A stretch of DNA of 64,000 nucleotides, taken from assembly GCA_003171065.1 (NCBI GenBank), contig PMXQ01000080.1, positions 7,948 through 71,947 on the forward strand. Direction: 5' to 3'. The notes beneath the pieces were generated by a model that was given only the letters and a program-made list of their open reading frames with translations, ran no database searches and was not told the DNA's origin. This DNA is from Chloroflexota bacterium (GTDB lineage Bacteria; Chloroflexota; Limnocylindria; Limnocylindrales; CSP1-4). Position 1 is the stretch's first letter. Every line of letters begins with the position of its first letter. A program made the position numbers and the translations under genes. Below, piece by piece: positions 39,311 to 48,718 of the stretch.

Positions 39311-39410
39311 CAGACCGTTTGACCGGCCGAGGCGCCCGCTTGATGGTTGCCGGCGGCAGGGCTACGCGCGCGGGCGATCCGGGCCGGCACGCGTCTGTCA
39401 CAATTGGCGC

Positions 39411-42311
39411 ATGGTCGGGCGCGCCGTCACCACCCGCGCCGAACGGCGCAGCGAAGGCAGCTCATTGCTGCCGATCTTCGACCGACTCGCTCCGCCGGCC
39501 TCGATCGCCGACATCACCGCCCAGATCGAGGCGTGGACCAAGCCGGGCGAGGTCGTCCTCGATCTCAACGGCCGTGGCGGCTGGGTCGCGCGAGCTGCGA
39601 TCGCCGGGCAGCGTCGCGCCGCAGACCTCGAATCCCTGTCGCTGACGCGCCTTCTGGCCGATGTCGTGGTGCGCCCGCCGGACGTCCGTCACCTCGACGC
39701 GGCGGCCCAGGCGATCTCGATCCGGCCCCTCCTCGATGCTACCGTCAAGAAGACCATCGAGCAGCTCTTCGCCAGCACGTGTCCGGTCTGCGGACGGCCT
39801 GTTGTCCTCGAGTCACTGGTCTGGGAGCCGGGCGATGGGCGTGGCAGGACGGGAGCCAGGCGCGGTGCGGCAAGGCCGGGTCGGGCGGCGAAGCCGGGCG
39901 GGGCGGGAACTGCAGCCCCCGGAGCGGCCGCGGGACGTGCCATCCGCCGCGAGTTCCGGTGCACTTCGTGCCAGCAGCAGCCGGGCGATCCGGAGTTGCG
40001 CCGCGCCGAACCCACTCCGGGCGACCTGACTCTCGCCGCATTCACGGACCTCCCGGAGGCCGTGAGAGACAGCCTCCGCAAACGGTTCCCGACGCCGGCC
40101 GCGACGCCGGACCATGGGCTCCCGGGCCAGCTCGTCGACCTGCACACGGCGCGGCAGCTGCTCGGACTCAACGCGATCCTCGAGGGCATCGAGCTCGAGA
40201 CTCGCTCGGCGCCGCTGACTGCCGCCCTGAGGCTGGCGTTCCTCTACGCCGTCGCATCCGCAGGCAAGCTCAACTCATACCGCGGCCGGCCGCCAGTGCT
40301 GCGCATCTCGAGGGGCACGGTCCGGCTGCCGGCGGCTCACGCCTGGCGCGAGCGGAACCCCTGGGTCGCGTTCGAGGAAGGGCTGCGTATGGTGCGGAGC
40401 TTCGTGGGGCGCCTGGAATCGGACGAGAAGCGGTCGGTGGCGGCACGCCTCGCATCGGACCTGTTGGAGCTCCAGGAGGGGACCTCCAACGTGGTGATCG
40501 GCGAGGCGACGCCTGGATCGCTGAGGCGGATCGGCCTCGCGGGCGACCGCATCGCCCACTCCGGCACTCCCTCGCGGGTCCGGCTCGTCGTCGGCCAGGC
40601 CCCGTTGCGACTGACCCGCGACCGGCTCGCGGAGGCATACCACGAGACTGCGTGGGCCCTGGGGGCCGGCGCGGCCTCGATGCTGCCTTTTGAGGAGCTG
40701 TTCCGGCCGGCGCCGCGCGCCCCCCGCCGGAGCGCGGCCGAGGATCTGGCTCGCTCGGTGGGGCGGTCGCTGGCAATCGCCACTCCGGCGCTCGCCCAGA
40801 ACGGCCGCGCCGTCGTGCTGCTGGACGATGCCGAGCCGCGAACCCTTGTCGCAGCGGCGATCGGCGGAGCGGCGGCGGGATGCCGCCTCGTCGAGGCGCG
40901 TCTGCACCGCGGCGACGAAGACAGCCCGGCGGTGGCCGTATTCGTGCCGCCAACCGGGATCGTCGCACCGGGGCCTCGCACGCGCGCCAATCGGCCACTC
41001 CCGCCGCTCGAAGGCGGCGCCGGCGACCCGGGCACCGTCACGGGGCAGGGGGTCTTCGCAGCTCCGGAGAAGCTCGACGAGGGGCCGTTCCGCCCTCCGG
41101 CCGCCGCGCAGGCCGTCAACGACACGGCCATCGAGCTGCTCAAGGCCAGGGGCGAGCCGGCCTGCTTCGAACACATGCTGGGCGATCTGCTGGTGGGGCT
41201 CGATCGCTCGGGGCAGCTGGCCCGCTTCGCCCGCCAGTTCCGGCCACCTCGTGCCGACCAGGGCTGGGACGCCTGGGTCGACCCCGAGGGCGGTCCGGCG
41301 GCCGCCCCGAGCGCGCCCGCCGCGCAGCCGCCGGCCGGCGTCGCACCGCCCGCCCCCGGCAGGCCCGCCGCGTCGAAGGAAACCTCCGGCGACGACGCCG
41401 CACAGGATGAGGAGCCGCCCGAGCCCACCGGCCCGGTGGACGAGCTCCTGGCGCTCATCCGCAACGAACTTGACCGCGGCACAAACCGTCGCGTCCGCCA
41501 GATCGAGCCCGGTGAGTACTGGCTCGGCTCGGAGGAGGACCGCTCCGGCGCCGCCCAGCCGCTCGCGGATCGGACGGAGTGGGCCGTCTTCAGCCTCCTC
41601 TCGTCATCGCGCCAGATGACTGAGGCAGCCGTCTTCGAGCGGACGACCGGCCTCTTCCAGGACCGCGACGCCCCCGATGGCGAGCTGATGCGGGCCTGCC
41701 TGGCGAGCTACAGCGCGCCGGGCAGCACGCCCGAAGCGGTGGCGACCGGCGATCAGCTGGAGCGACGCTCGGCCGAGCACGACGCCATCATCGCGGTCAT
41801 AGCGGCCCTGGGTCACCGCCTCGGGACGCGCGTCTGGATCGGGCGCCGCCAGCAGGTCCGCCGCGTCGATGGCCGCCCCCTCGCGGACCGGCTCGACGTG
41901 GAGGAGCGTGACATCGTGCCGACCGTGATCGCCTGGGGCCCGGAGGCCGAGCTCGAGCGCGTCGACTGCGCATGGTACGTCCGCCACAAAGCGACCTTCC
42001 TCTTCGAGGTCGAGTGGACGGCAATGCTCGGCGATCCGGTCCTGGTGCGCCACAGCCGCTTCCCCAGCGACGACAAGGTCGTTCGCTTCCTGGTCGTCCC
42101 GGCCGAGCGCGCCGAGCTGGTGCGCTACAAGCTCGCCCGTTCGCCGTTGCTGCGCCGCGCGTTCGCCGAGCGCAACTGGCACGTCCTCAAGTGGGACCAG
42201 CTGGCCGCCTTCGCGGCGCGCACGGAGGTGTCGCTGGGCGACCTGGAGCCGTACCTGGGACTCGACGCCGACGCGGCCGCCGGTGAGCAGCTGCCGCTGT
42301 TCGAGGGTTGA
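39411..42311 (+). CDS. Large (966 aa) uncharacterised protein: MTase-like Rossmann motif, CxxC...CxxC Zn-ribbon, and a possible endonuclease-like C-terminal domain
   Basis: Long ORF with normal codon bias. It contains VVLDLNGRGGWVARAAI (resembling SAM-MTase motif I) and CPVCGRPV...FRCTSCQQQ. There is a low-complexity Pro/Ala linker. The C-terminus reads ...RVDCAWYVRHKATFLFEVEWT.... I saw no (D/N/S)PP(Y/F/W) motif. Confidence 0.7.
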   Translation: MVGRAVTTRAERRSEGSSLLPIFDRLAPPASIADITAQIEAWTKPGEVVLDLNGRGGWVARAAIAGQRRAADLESLSLTRLLADVVVRPPDVRHLDAAAQAISIRPLLDATVKKTIEQLFASTCPVCGRPVVLESLVWEPGDGRGRTGARRGAARPGRAAKPGGAGTAAPGAAAGRAIRREFRCTSCQQQPGDPELRRAEPTPGDLTLAAFTDLPEAVRDSLRKRFPTPAATPDHGLPGQLVDLHTARQLLGLNAILEGIELETRSAPLTAALRLAFLYAVASAGKLNSYRGRPPVLRISRGTVRLPAAHAWRERNPWVAFEEGLRMVRSFVGRLESDEKRSVAARLASDLLELQEGTSNVVIGEATPGSLRRIGLAGDRIAHSGTPSRVRLVVGQAPLRLTRDRLAEAYHETAWALGAGAASMLPFEELFRPAPRAPRRSAAEDLARSVGRSLAIATPALAQNGRAVVLLDDAEPRTLVAAAIGGAAAGCRLVEARLHRGDEDSPAVAVFVPPTGIVAPGPRTRANRPLPPLEGGAGDPGTVTGQGVFAAPEKLDEGPFRPPAAAQAVNDTAIELLKARGEPACFEHMLGDLLVGLDRSGQLARFARQFRPPRADQGWDAWVDPEGGPAAAPSAPAAQPPAGVAPPAPGRPAASKETSGDDAAQDEEPPEPTGPVDELLALIRNELDRGTNRRVRQIEPGEYWLGSEEDRSGAAQPLADRTEWAVFSLLSSSRQMTEAAVFERTTGLFQDRDAPDGELMRACLASYSAPGSTPEAVATGDQLERRSAEHDAIIAVIAALGHRLGTRVWIGRRQQVRRVDGRPLADRLDVEERDIVPTVIAWGPEAELERVDCAWYVRHKATFLFEVEWTAMLGDPVLVRHSRFPSDDKVVRFLVVPAERAELVRYKLARSPLLRRAFAERNWHVLKWDQLAAFAARTEVSLGDLEPYLGLDADAAAGEQLPLFEG

Positions 42312-42438
42312 GCGGTGCCGGACCGTCGATCGCCGCCGGCATCTCGCGGCAGCCTGGCTTGGGGGTACGCTAGCGCCAGAAGTCCAGCCGGGCTCCGCGT
42401 CTCTGCCCCGGTAGGAGTCAGATCGCCAGGAGGTTCCG

Positions 42439-44163
42439 GTGAGCGAGGTCCGCAACGCAGCCGACGCCGTCAACGAGCTGGCCGAACGGTTCTGGAACGG
42501 CCTGCTCGAGTTGTCGCCGATCACGGCGACAGTGCTGGGCTACGATCAGAACGACGATCGCCTCGACGACCCAGGCCCGGAGGGGCGAGATAGGGCGCGG
42601 AGGCTCTTCCGCGAGACGCTCCACGCGACCGACGCGATCGAAGAGCAAGTTGCCGCCGGCGCGGTTCGCGGATCGGACGGCGGCGCGGGCCTCCCGGTTG
42701 AGGAGGCGGTCACGCTCGACATCCTGACGGTCGTCTGCCGGTCCGAGCTGGAGCAGCAGAATCAGCGCATCGATCGGCTCAAGGCGGTCGACCAGATGGA
42801 GGGGCCGCAGACGGTGATGCCGCTGCTGGCGACCTTCCAGCGGACCGACACGCCCGAGCGTTTCGACCGCTTCCTGGCGCGCATCGACGACTACCCGCGC
42901 TACATGGCGGCTGTCGCGGAACTCACTCGGGAAGGTCTGGCGAGCGGGCTGACCGCGGCTCGGATCGTGACCGAGCGGGTCATAGGCCAGCTGGAGCGGC
43001 TGCTCGCCGTTCCGGACGAAGAGTCGCCGATCGCAACCGCCGTAACGCCGCCTGCGCCCTCGGATCGGGACAGGCTGGTCGCTGCCATCCGCCGGTCCAT
43101 AAGACCGGCCGACGAGGCGTTCCTGGAGGCTCTCCGGGGCGCGTACCGCGAGGCCTCGCGCGAGGAGCCGGGACTCTGGTCGGCGCCCGACGGCGAGCAG
43201 CTGTACCGGACCCAGATTCGGGCCTGGACATCGCTTGACCTGGACCCCGCGGAGTTGCATAGAATCGGCCTCGAGGAGCTCGAGTCGATCGAGGCGGAAC
43301 GGCGCGAGATATGCCGCTCGCTCGGTCTGGGCGACGACACGAACGCCGCTCGCGCCAGCATGGAGAAGAGCCCCGGAGCGGTTCCGACGACGGCCGACGA
43401 GCTGCTGGACCACGCCCGCGGCCAGATCGAGCGGGCCCTGGCCCGATCGCCGGAGTACTTTGGCCGCCTGCCCAGGTCTCCTGTCACGGTTCGAGCGGTT
43501 GAGTCATTCAAGGAAGCCGACGCTCCAGGCGCCTTCTATTACGCGCCCGCGGTCGACGGCAGCCGCCCCGGGATCTACTACGTCAACACGTACGACCTGC
43601 CGAGCCGGAGCTACTTGAGCCTGGCCAGCACCAGCTTCCACGAGGCCGTGCCCGGGCATCATTTTCAGATCGCGCTGCAGACCGAGATGTCGAACCTGAG
43701 CGCCTTCCGCCGCATGGGCGCCCGGATGGCCGGCATGGCCTACGTCGAGGGCTGGGGCTTGTACGCAGAACGCCTGGCGGACGAGATGGGGCTCTATCTC
43801 AATCCGACCGAACGATTTGGCATGCTCGACGGGCAGGCCCATCGGGCCGCGCGCCTGGTCGTCGACACCGGGATCCACGCCTTCCGCTGGCCGCGCGAAC
43901 GCTCGATTGCGCGGCTCCTCGACGCGGGCTCGTCGGAGACCGACGCCGTGATCGAGACCGACCGCTACATCTGCTGGCCGGGTCAGGCCTTGAGCTACAA
44001 AGTCGGTCAGCGCGAGATCGAGCGGCTCAGGAGGGAGGCGGCGGCGCGCCTGGGCTCGAGCTTCGACCTGCGGGCATTCCATGACGCGGTACTGGGCCAC
44101 GGCACACTGCCGCTGACCACTCTCGCCCGGGAGCTGCCCGGGTGGCTGGCGACGCCAGAATAG
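42439..44163 (+). CDS. DUF885 family protein (metallopeptidase-like)
   Basis: AGGAGG lies upstream of the GTG start. The characteristic FHEAVPGHHFQ motif and overall length fit DUF885. Confidence 0.8.
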   Translation: MSEVRNAADAVNELAERFWNGLLELSPITATVLGYDQNDDRLDDPGPEGRDRARRLFRETLHATDAIEEQVAAGAVRGSDGGAGLPVEEAVTLDILTVVCRSELEQQNQRIDRLKAVDQMEGPQTVMPLLATFQRTDTPERFDRFLARIDDYPRYMAAVAELTREGLASGLTAARIVTERVIGQLERLLAVPDEESPIATAVTPPAPSDRDRLVAAIRRSIRPADEAFLEALRGAYREASREEPGLWSAPDGEQLYRTQIRAWTSLDLDPAELHRIGLEELESIEAERREICRSLGLGDDTNAARASMEKSPGAVPTTADELLDHARGQIERALARSPEYFGRLPRSPVTVRAVESFKEADAPGAFYYAPAVDGSRPGIYYVNTYDLPSRSYLSLASTSFHEAVPGHHFQIALQTEMSNLSAFRRMGARMAGMAYVEGWGLYAERLADEMGLYLNPTERFGMLDGQAHRAARLVVDTGIHAFRWPRERSIARLLDAGSSETDAVIETDRYICWPGQALSYKVGQREIERLRREAAARLGSSFDLRAFHDAVLGHGTLPLTTLARELPGWLATPE

Positions 44164-44568
44164 GCCCGTGCGAGGGCACCGAGGCGACATGCCCGGGCGC
44201 GACTCGAGGTGGCAGCCTCCGTCACTTCTTCGGGCGTTGATGAGGCTCGGAAGCCACCCGGGCCGAAGGAGTTGCATGGGCGACCGACGGCGTTCTGGTT
44301 CGACTGAAGTCGTCTATTGCGACGCCTGCGAGGGCTGACCGATCCTTCAGGGGTCACCGGTTGACGGAGTGGGCTCCCTAGGACGGCCGGCCGTGGACCC
44401 TCGGAGGGTCAAGACCGAGTACGATCGGGCTGCCGGCCATCGAAGGGCGCGAGGGCGGCTTGAAATCAACTGGTCTTGTCGGGCGTCGTGCCACCAGGTC
44501 CGACTGCGATTCTGGCCCATCCTCAACGTCTCACGTGCGATTCGCCCTCAGCCAACGTGTATAGGGTT

Positions 44569-45045
44569 ATGGAAGCGGCCGTGCTGACCAATACCGACGC
44601 TCTCTACGAGCGGGCATTCGACGACCATTGGAGTGACATATTCCAATTCCTGCTCGCATGGACTAATGACTGGGCGGCGGCCGAGGATCTGACCCAGGAG
44701 ACTTTTCTTCGACTTTGGAGGAACCGGGTCCGGGTCGATTGGGGGACCCCCATCCTGCCGTGGCTGATAGTCACGGGACGGCGACTGGCCAACGACAGAT
44801 TTCGCCAGATCGCGCGGCGCCTGGTGGGCGCGCCTTCTCCTTCGAACTTCGACGAAGACCAATACGTTCGGTGGCTGGACGTTCGAGCGGCGCTCAAGAA
44901 CCTGTCGCCACTCGAGCGGAGCGCAGTTGTCTTGGTGACATTCCAAGGGACACCGACCGCCGAAGTGGCCCGTGTCCTGAACACCACGCCTGGCGCTGTG
45001 AGAGCAGCCCTCAGCCGCGGTCGCGAGAAGCTCGGAGACGCCTGA
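44569..45045 (+). CDS. ECF-type sigma-70 family RNA polymerase sigma factor
   Basis: Region 2 AEDLTQETFLRLWRNR and region 4 HTH LSPLERSAVVLVTFQGTPTAEVARVLNTTPGAVRAALSRGREKL. The start is set at ATG 44569. Confidence 0.85.
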   Translation: MEAAVLTNTDALYERAFDDHWSDIFQFLLAWTNDWAAAEDLTQETFLRLWRNRVRVDWGTPILPWLIVTGRRLANDRFRQIARRLVGAPSPSNFDEDQYVRWLDVRAALKNLSPLERSAVVLVTFQGTPTAEVARVLNTTPGAVRAALSRGREKLGDA

Positions 45046-45800
45046 TGAGTGAGTCTCGATACGACAAGACCTGGAGGGAGTGGAAAGCGGTGGCAAACAG
45101 TGCACACAAGCCGAAGGTCGCACCGCGCGACCGGACGCATCGTGGCGGCATACCCATCGGCTTCGGCCTCGCAGCGGTCGCAATCGTGCTGGCCGTGGTG
45201 GCGGCCCGCAATTGGGTGCCTCAGACGGGCGGCGTCGCCGGTGCGCCTAGCCAGAGCCAATCAGCACCCACAGAGATCGCCGCGCAGAGTCCCTCGCCCT
45301 CGGCCACTGCTGGACCCTCTGAGTCAGTTTCGCCCTCGGCCAGTGTGGAACCATCTGAGTCGATTTCGCCCGCGCCGAGTCCCAGCGCGATCTTGACGCC
45401 GACTCCTTCCTCGATCCTGGTTGGCACTCCCCAGCCCGGCGACCAGGCGAAAGCCGTGTCGATCGCCACGCAATACCAGACCCTCATTAGGCAAGGGAAC
45501 TACGCCGGCGCATGGGCCATGCTCGGGCCGGAGCAGAGGTCCGATTCGTACACGACGTACCAGAAGGACTGGACCGAGATCGCCAAGTCGTGGGGATCTC
45601 TGGACTTCACGCTGGGGACCGTAACCCACGACTGGCAGAGTTGGGATCCGACCCTGCCGAAGACGTACGCGGGGGACTACAGCAGGGCTTTCATCATCGT
45701 GGTCGACTACCCGTTCACAAGTCAGACGAACTTCTGGGGCGAACTGCTCGTCATGCCGACAGTCGATGAGACGAAATGGGAAGTAGTCTTCCTCCGGTGA
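45045..45800 (+). CDS. Single-pass membrane protein, putative anti-sigma factor
   Basis: The start overlaps the sigma stop (TGATG). It has a short cytoplasmic N-terminus, one TM segment (IPIGFGLAAVAIVLAVVAA), a Ser/Pro-rich linker and a C-terminal globular domain of about 130 aa. Confidence 0.55.
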   Translation: MSESRYDKTWREWKAVANSAHKPKVAPRDRTHRGGIPIGFGLAAVAIVLAVVAARNWVPQTGGVAGAPSQSQSAPTEIAAQSPSPSATAGPSESVSPSASVEPSESISPAPSPSAILTPTPSSILVGTPQPGDQAKAVSIATQYQTLIRQGNYAGAWAMLGPEQRSDSYTTYQKDWTEIAKSWGSLDFTLGTVTHDWQSWDPTLPKTYAGDYSRAFIIVVDYPFTSQTNFWGELLVMPTVDETKWEVVFLR

Positions 45801-45943
45801 CCGCCGGTAGCTAGGTAAAGTGGCGCCAATCGCGAAAGTCTGGGTGCGTATTGCGCCCAAGTTGCGCCACAAGTGACTATGCCTCTGCTCGGGGTCGGGG
45901 GAGGCCATGTCTTGCCGCCCGCAGCGCATAAGGAGGAACCACT

Positions 45944-47107
45944 GTGAGAGGCTTGCTTAGGCGTGCCCGGATTCTGCCGGCGGTAGCGATCCTGCTAGTT
46001 TCGGGGTTGACTTCAGCACCGCCTGCGTCGGCGGCATCACCGGCTGTGGAGACCTACACGCCGATGTCAACGGGAGGAGTCACAGTCACTCCCGACCTGA
46101 CCCCCGACGATGCCACGCGCCTTGCGCTCAAGCGAAGCGGTCTCCTTCGCCTGAACCCCACCACGCGGATGGTCGAGGTCGCACAACCTGGCTCGGCGCT
46201 CGCCCGCTCGTTCGCCGCCTCCGCGCAGACGTATACGTCATACACGCTTCGCTACCAGTTCAGCAGCCAGATCATCGAGCCAGTGGGCTACGTCTCGCCC
46301 AACGACCGAGATGACACGAGTCCGACTCGCCAGCCCTACGCCGACAAAAACTTCTGGAACCTGTGCGGTCCTGGCGCGGGCACCGTGGCGGCCTACTACG
46401 CGGGTGCTGGCAACTCGGATAATGACTACCCGCTCAAGATGACAGGTACATTCCAGGAAAGATGGGGCCCTCACCAGGAGCCGACCTATTGGAACGCCAG
46501 TGACCTTGACTACCGGTATGGGTACCAGACTTACGGCCGAGCCTTCATCCTCTACATGGCTGATGCCGTCCGGCCCCTGAATCCCACGAGCGCCAACTTC
46601 ACCCGGACGTTCTACACGCTCGTCAATGGCGTGAGGACGAAGGTAACGCAGAACATGGGCGGGATAATGGACTACACCGCCTATCCGGCGACAACTATGA
46701 CCATCGGTGCCCTCAAAGACGCTATGAATTGGGAGATGTCGGATCACAACGGGGGCGGCCCGTGGCCGGGGTACTTCTGGGACCACGTCACCTCGTTCAA
46801 CCAGACGCTTCTACACAACGATGTTGTCAACGACATCGTGAATAACGGTGTTCCCGTCATCGTCACCCTGGACGCTCAGGCGCTCATCTACAACAGTTCC
46901 ACGGGCCAGGGCAACTGGGCTGCCCCTGGCCAGGTCATAGGACACGCTATCACGATTATCGGGTACGACGACGTGGCCGGGATCTACCAATACGTAGACA
47001 CCTGCGGGGCACAATGCAGTGGCCGAGTCAACGGCGGCGTTCACACGCTCAGCCAGACGGCGATGTACAACGCCGTGCACTCTTATGGGGGTGGCTACCT
47101 CGTCTAG
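45944..47107 (+). CDS. Secreted papain-like (C39-like) cysteine peptidase family protein
   Basis: AAGGAGG precedes the GTG start. Signal peptide RRARILPAVAILLVSGLTSAPPASAAS. Candidate catalytic Cys in FWNLCGPGAGTVAAYY and His in GHAITIIGYDD. Confidence 0.55.
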   Translation: MRGLLRRARILPAVAILLVSGLTSAPPASAASPAVETYTPMSTGGVTVTPDLTPDDATRLALKRSGLLRLNPTTRMVEVAQPGSALARSFAASAQTYTSYTLRYQFSSQIIEPVGYVSPNDRDDTSPTRQPYADKNFWNLCGPGAGTVAAYYAGAGNSDNDYPLKMTGTFQERWGPHQEPTYWNASDLDYRYGYQTYGRAFILYMADAVRPLNPTSANFTRTFYTLVNGVRTKVTQNMGGIMDYTAYPATTMTIGALKDAMNWEMSDHNGGGPWPGYFWDHVTSFNQTLLHNDVVNDIVNNGVPVIVTLDAQALIYNSSTGQGNWAAPGQVIGHAITIIGYDDVAGIYQYVDTCGAQCSGRVNGGVHTLSQTAMYNAVHSYGGGYLV

Positions 47108-47338
47108 CCAATCGAACTCGTCAGGAACGGCCGAACCCGAGAAGATCGAATGCGCGTGGCCCCCTCCGGCTCCTCATGCCGGTCAGACCGGATCTCCCGC
47201 CGAGCCCACAGAGACCGCTAGCGTGACGCTGGCGGTCTCTTCATCCGTCGGGCTTTCCATGTTGCCGGCTGGATGGGCGATCCCCTCGTTAACCTGACCG
47301 TGCCTCGCGAGAGCACCGTCGTAGAGACTAGGAGCCCT

Positions 47339-48149
47339 TCAGCCACCATTCGCCATTTCGTCGAGGACGTCCTGCGCCAGGGCAGCGACGCTCGGGTCGG
47401 CATGTCGCGCGAGATACCGCACAAGCCCGATGAGGGCCTGGCGCATCGTCGGATCGACCGTCTGGCACCTCCGGATGAGGCGCAAGCCGAGGAGCTGCTC
47501 GTCGGGCTCGTAGCTGCGGCACAGGATCTCCGCAGCATCGTCAAGCTCGCGCCACGCGCCCCGAGCGGCGATCACAGCTGCCGCCTCCAATGCCTGTCGC
47601 TCGTTGCGATCCCGCGCGGTGATCAGGACGGCGAGTTCTACGCTGGCCATGTCTTCGAGCCCGAACGGACGGCCGGTCGTGGTCGGCGGGGAGGCCCCCT
47701 TGAGGGATGCCGCACCGGAACGATCCACGCCTGCCGGCTGCTGCTCGACGGCATCCGGCTGGGGCACCTGCTCGACAGTTGAGTACGACCGGGGCTGCCA
47801 GCTCGACCGATTCAGCCGTCGGTCGCTCGACGCCGTTCCAGAGCCCGCTGATGTCCTCGAGCCCGCCATTGGCGAGAAGGCGAACCCATGCGGGCGAACC
47901 GACAGGGTAGCTGGTGCAGCGTGCCTTCGAGTCCGAGGCGATTGCTCGAAACGGACGAGGCGGCAGAGGGGCGCCGACGGCCAGAACCTGTGCCGAGGCG
48001 CCGAGGTCGACGACCTCGCCGATCGGTACGCCCCAGCAGCGGCCCGCCAGCGCCGCCAGCTTCATCGGTCCCGCGATCTGGCGGAGGCGCGACAGTCGTT
48101 CGGGACTGTTGGTGACCCAGAGCAAGTGCCAGCCAGTCGGGTGCGCCAC
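47339..48149 (-). pseudogene. Hypothetical gene with an apparent internal frameshift (or two overlapping small genes)
   Basis: The frame from GTG 48149 looks coding up to ...VELAAPVVLN, near 47790, and then becomes Arg-rich. High GC3 and protein-like sequence continue in the other frame (STVEQVPQPD...MASVELAVLITARDRNERQALEAAAV...DVLDEMANGG) to the stop at 47339. Confidence 0.4.
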
Positions 48150-48177
48150 GAAGAGCTCGGCATAGGCCTTCAGGCGC

Positions 48178-48594
48178 TCACGGACCGATCAGACCGAGGA
48201 GACCGATCAGGCGGCCGCGAAGTGGTTGTGGCAGGTCCTCCCAGCCCCAGATACCCGCGAGAGCTTGGCGGAATCGCGGGTCGCGGCGTGTGTGCCCTAT
48301 GAGCCGGTCGGCGAACGCTACGCCATGGCGCCGAACCAGGTCCTCAAGCGGTCCCGCGGCAACGAAGGCGAGAGCCTCGTCATCGGGCGCTCGTTCAACG
48401 AGCGCGAGGATGAGGGGCCACGCCTCCTCCGCGCCGGGCAGCCCCCTCCAGAGCGTCAGATCCAGATTGAATCCGGCCTGGCTTCCCAAGGGAGCCTGCT
48501 CGCCCGCGACTCGCTCCTCCCTGGAGCCCGCACGCAGGATCTGCTCTTCGCGGAAGTAGCGGCGTACGAAGTCGTCAAGTTCCGCGGGCGTCAT
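48178..48594 (-). CDS. Hypothetical small protein (138 aa)
   Basis: MTPAELDDFVRRYFREEQ...WPLILALVERAPDDEALAFVAAGPLEDLVRRHG...DPRFRQALAGIWGWEDLP. It has protein-like composition and lies 29 nt upstream of the next same-strand ORF. The family is not recognised with confidence. Confidence 0.5.
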   Translation of the reverse strand: MTPAELDDFVRRYFREEQILRAGSREERVAGEQAPLGSQAGFNLDLTLWRGLPGAEEAWPLILALVERAPDDEALAFVAAGPLEDLVRRHGVAFADRLIGHTRRDPRFRQALAGIWGWEDLPQPLRGRLIGLLGLIGP

Positions 48595-48718
48595 CGTGCT
48601 GCCATTCTGTGAGGTGCCGGCAAGTCGGGCTGAGTGGCTACGCTCATCTTGCCGAGGTTCGTCGTCAGGGCCCATCTGAACAACCCTCGAGGCTTGAGCG
48701 CTCGTTCGCCGCCGGGCG

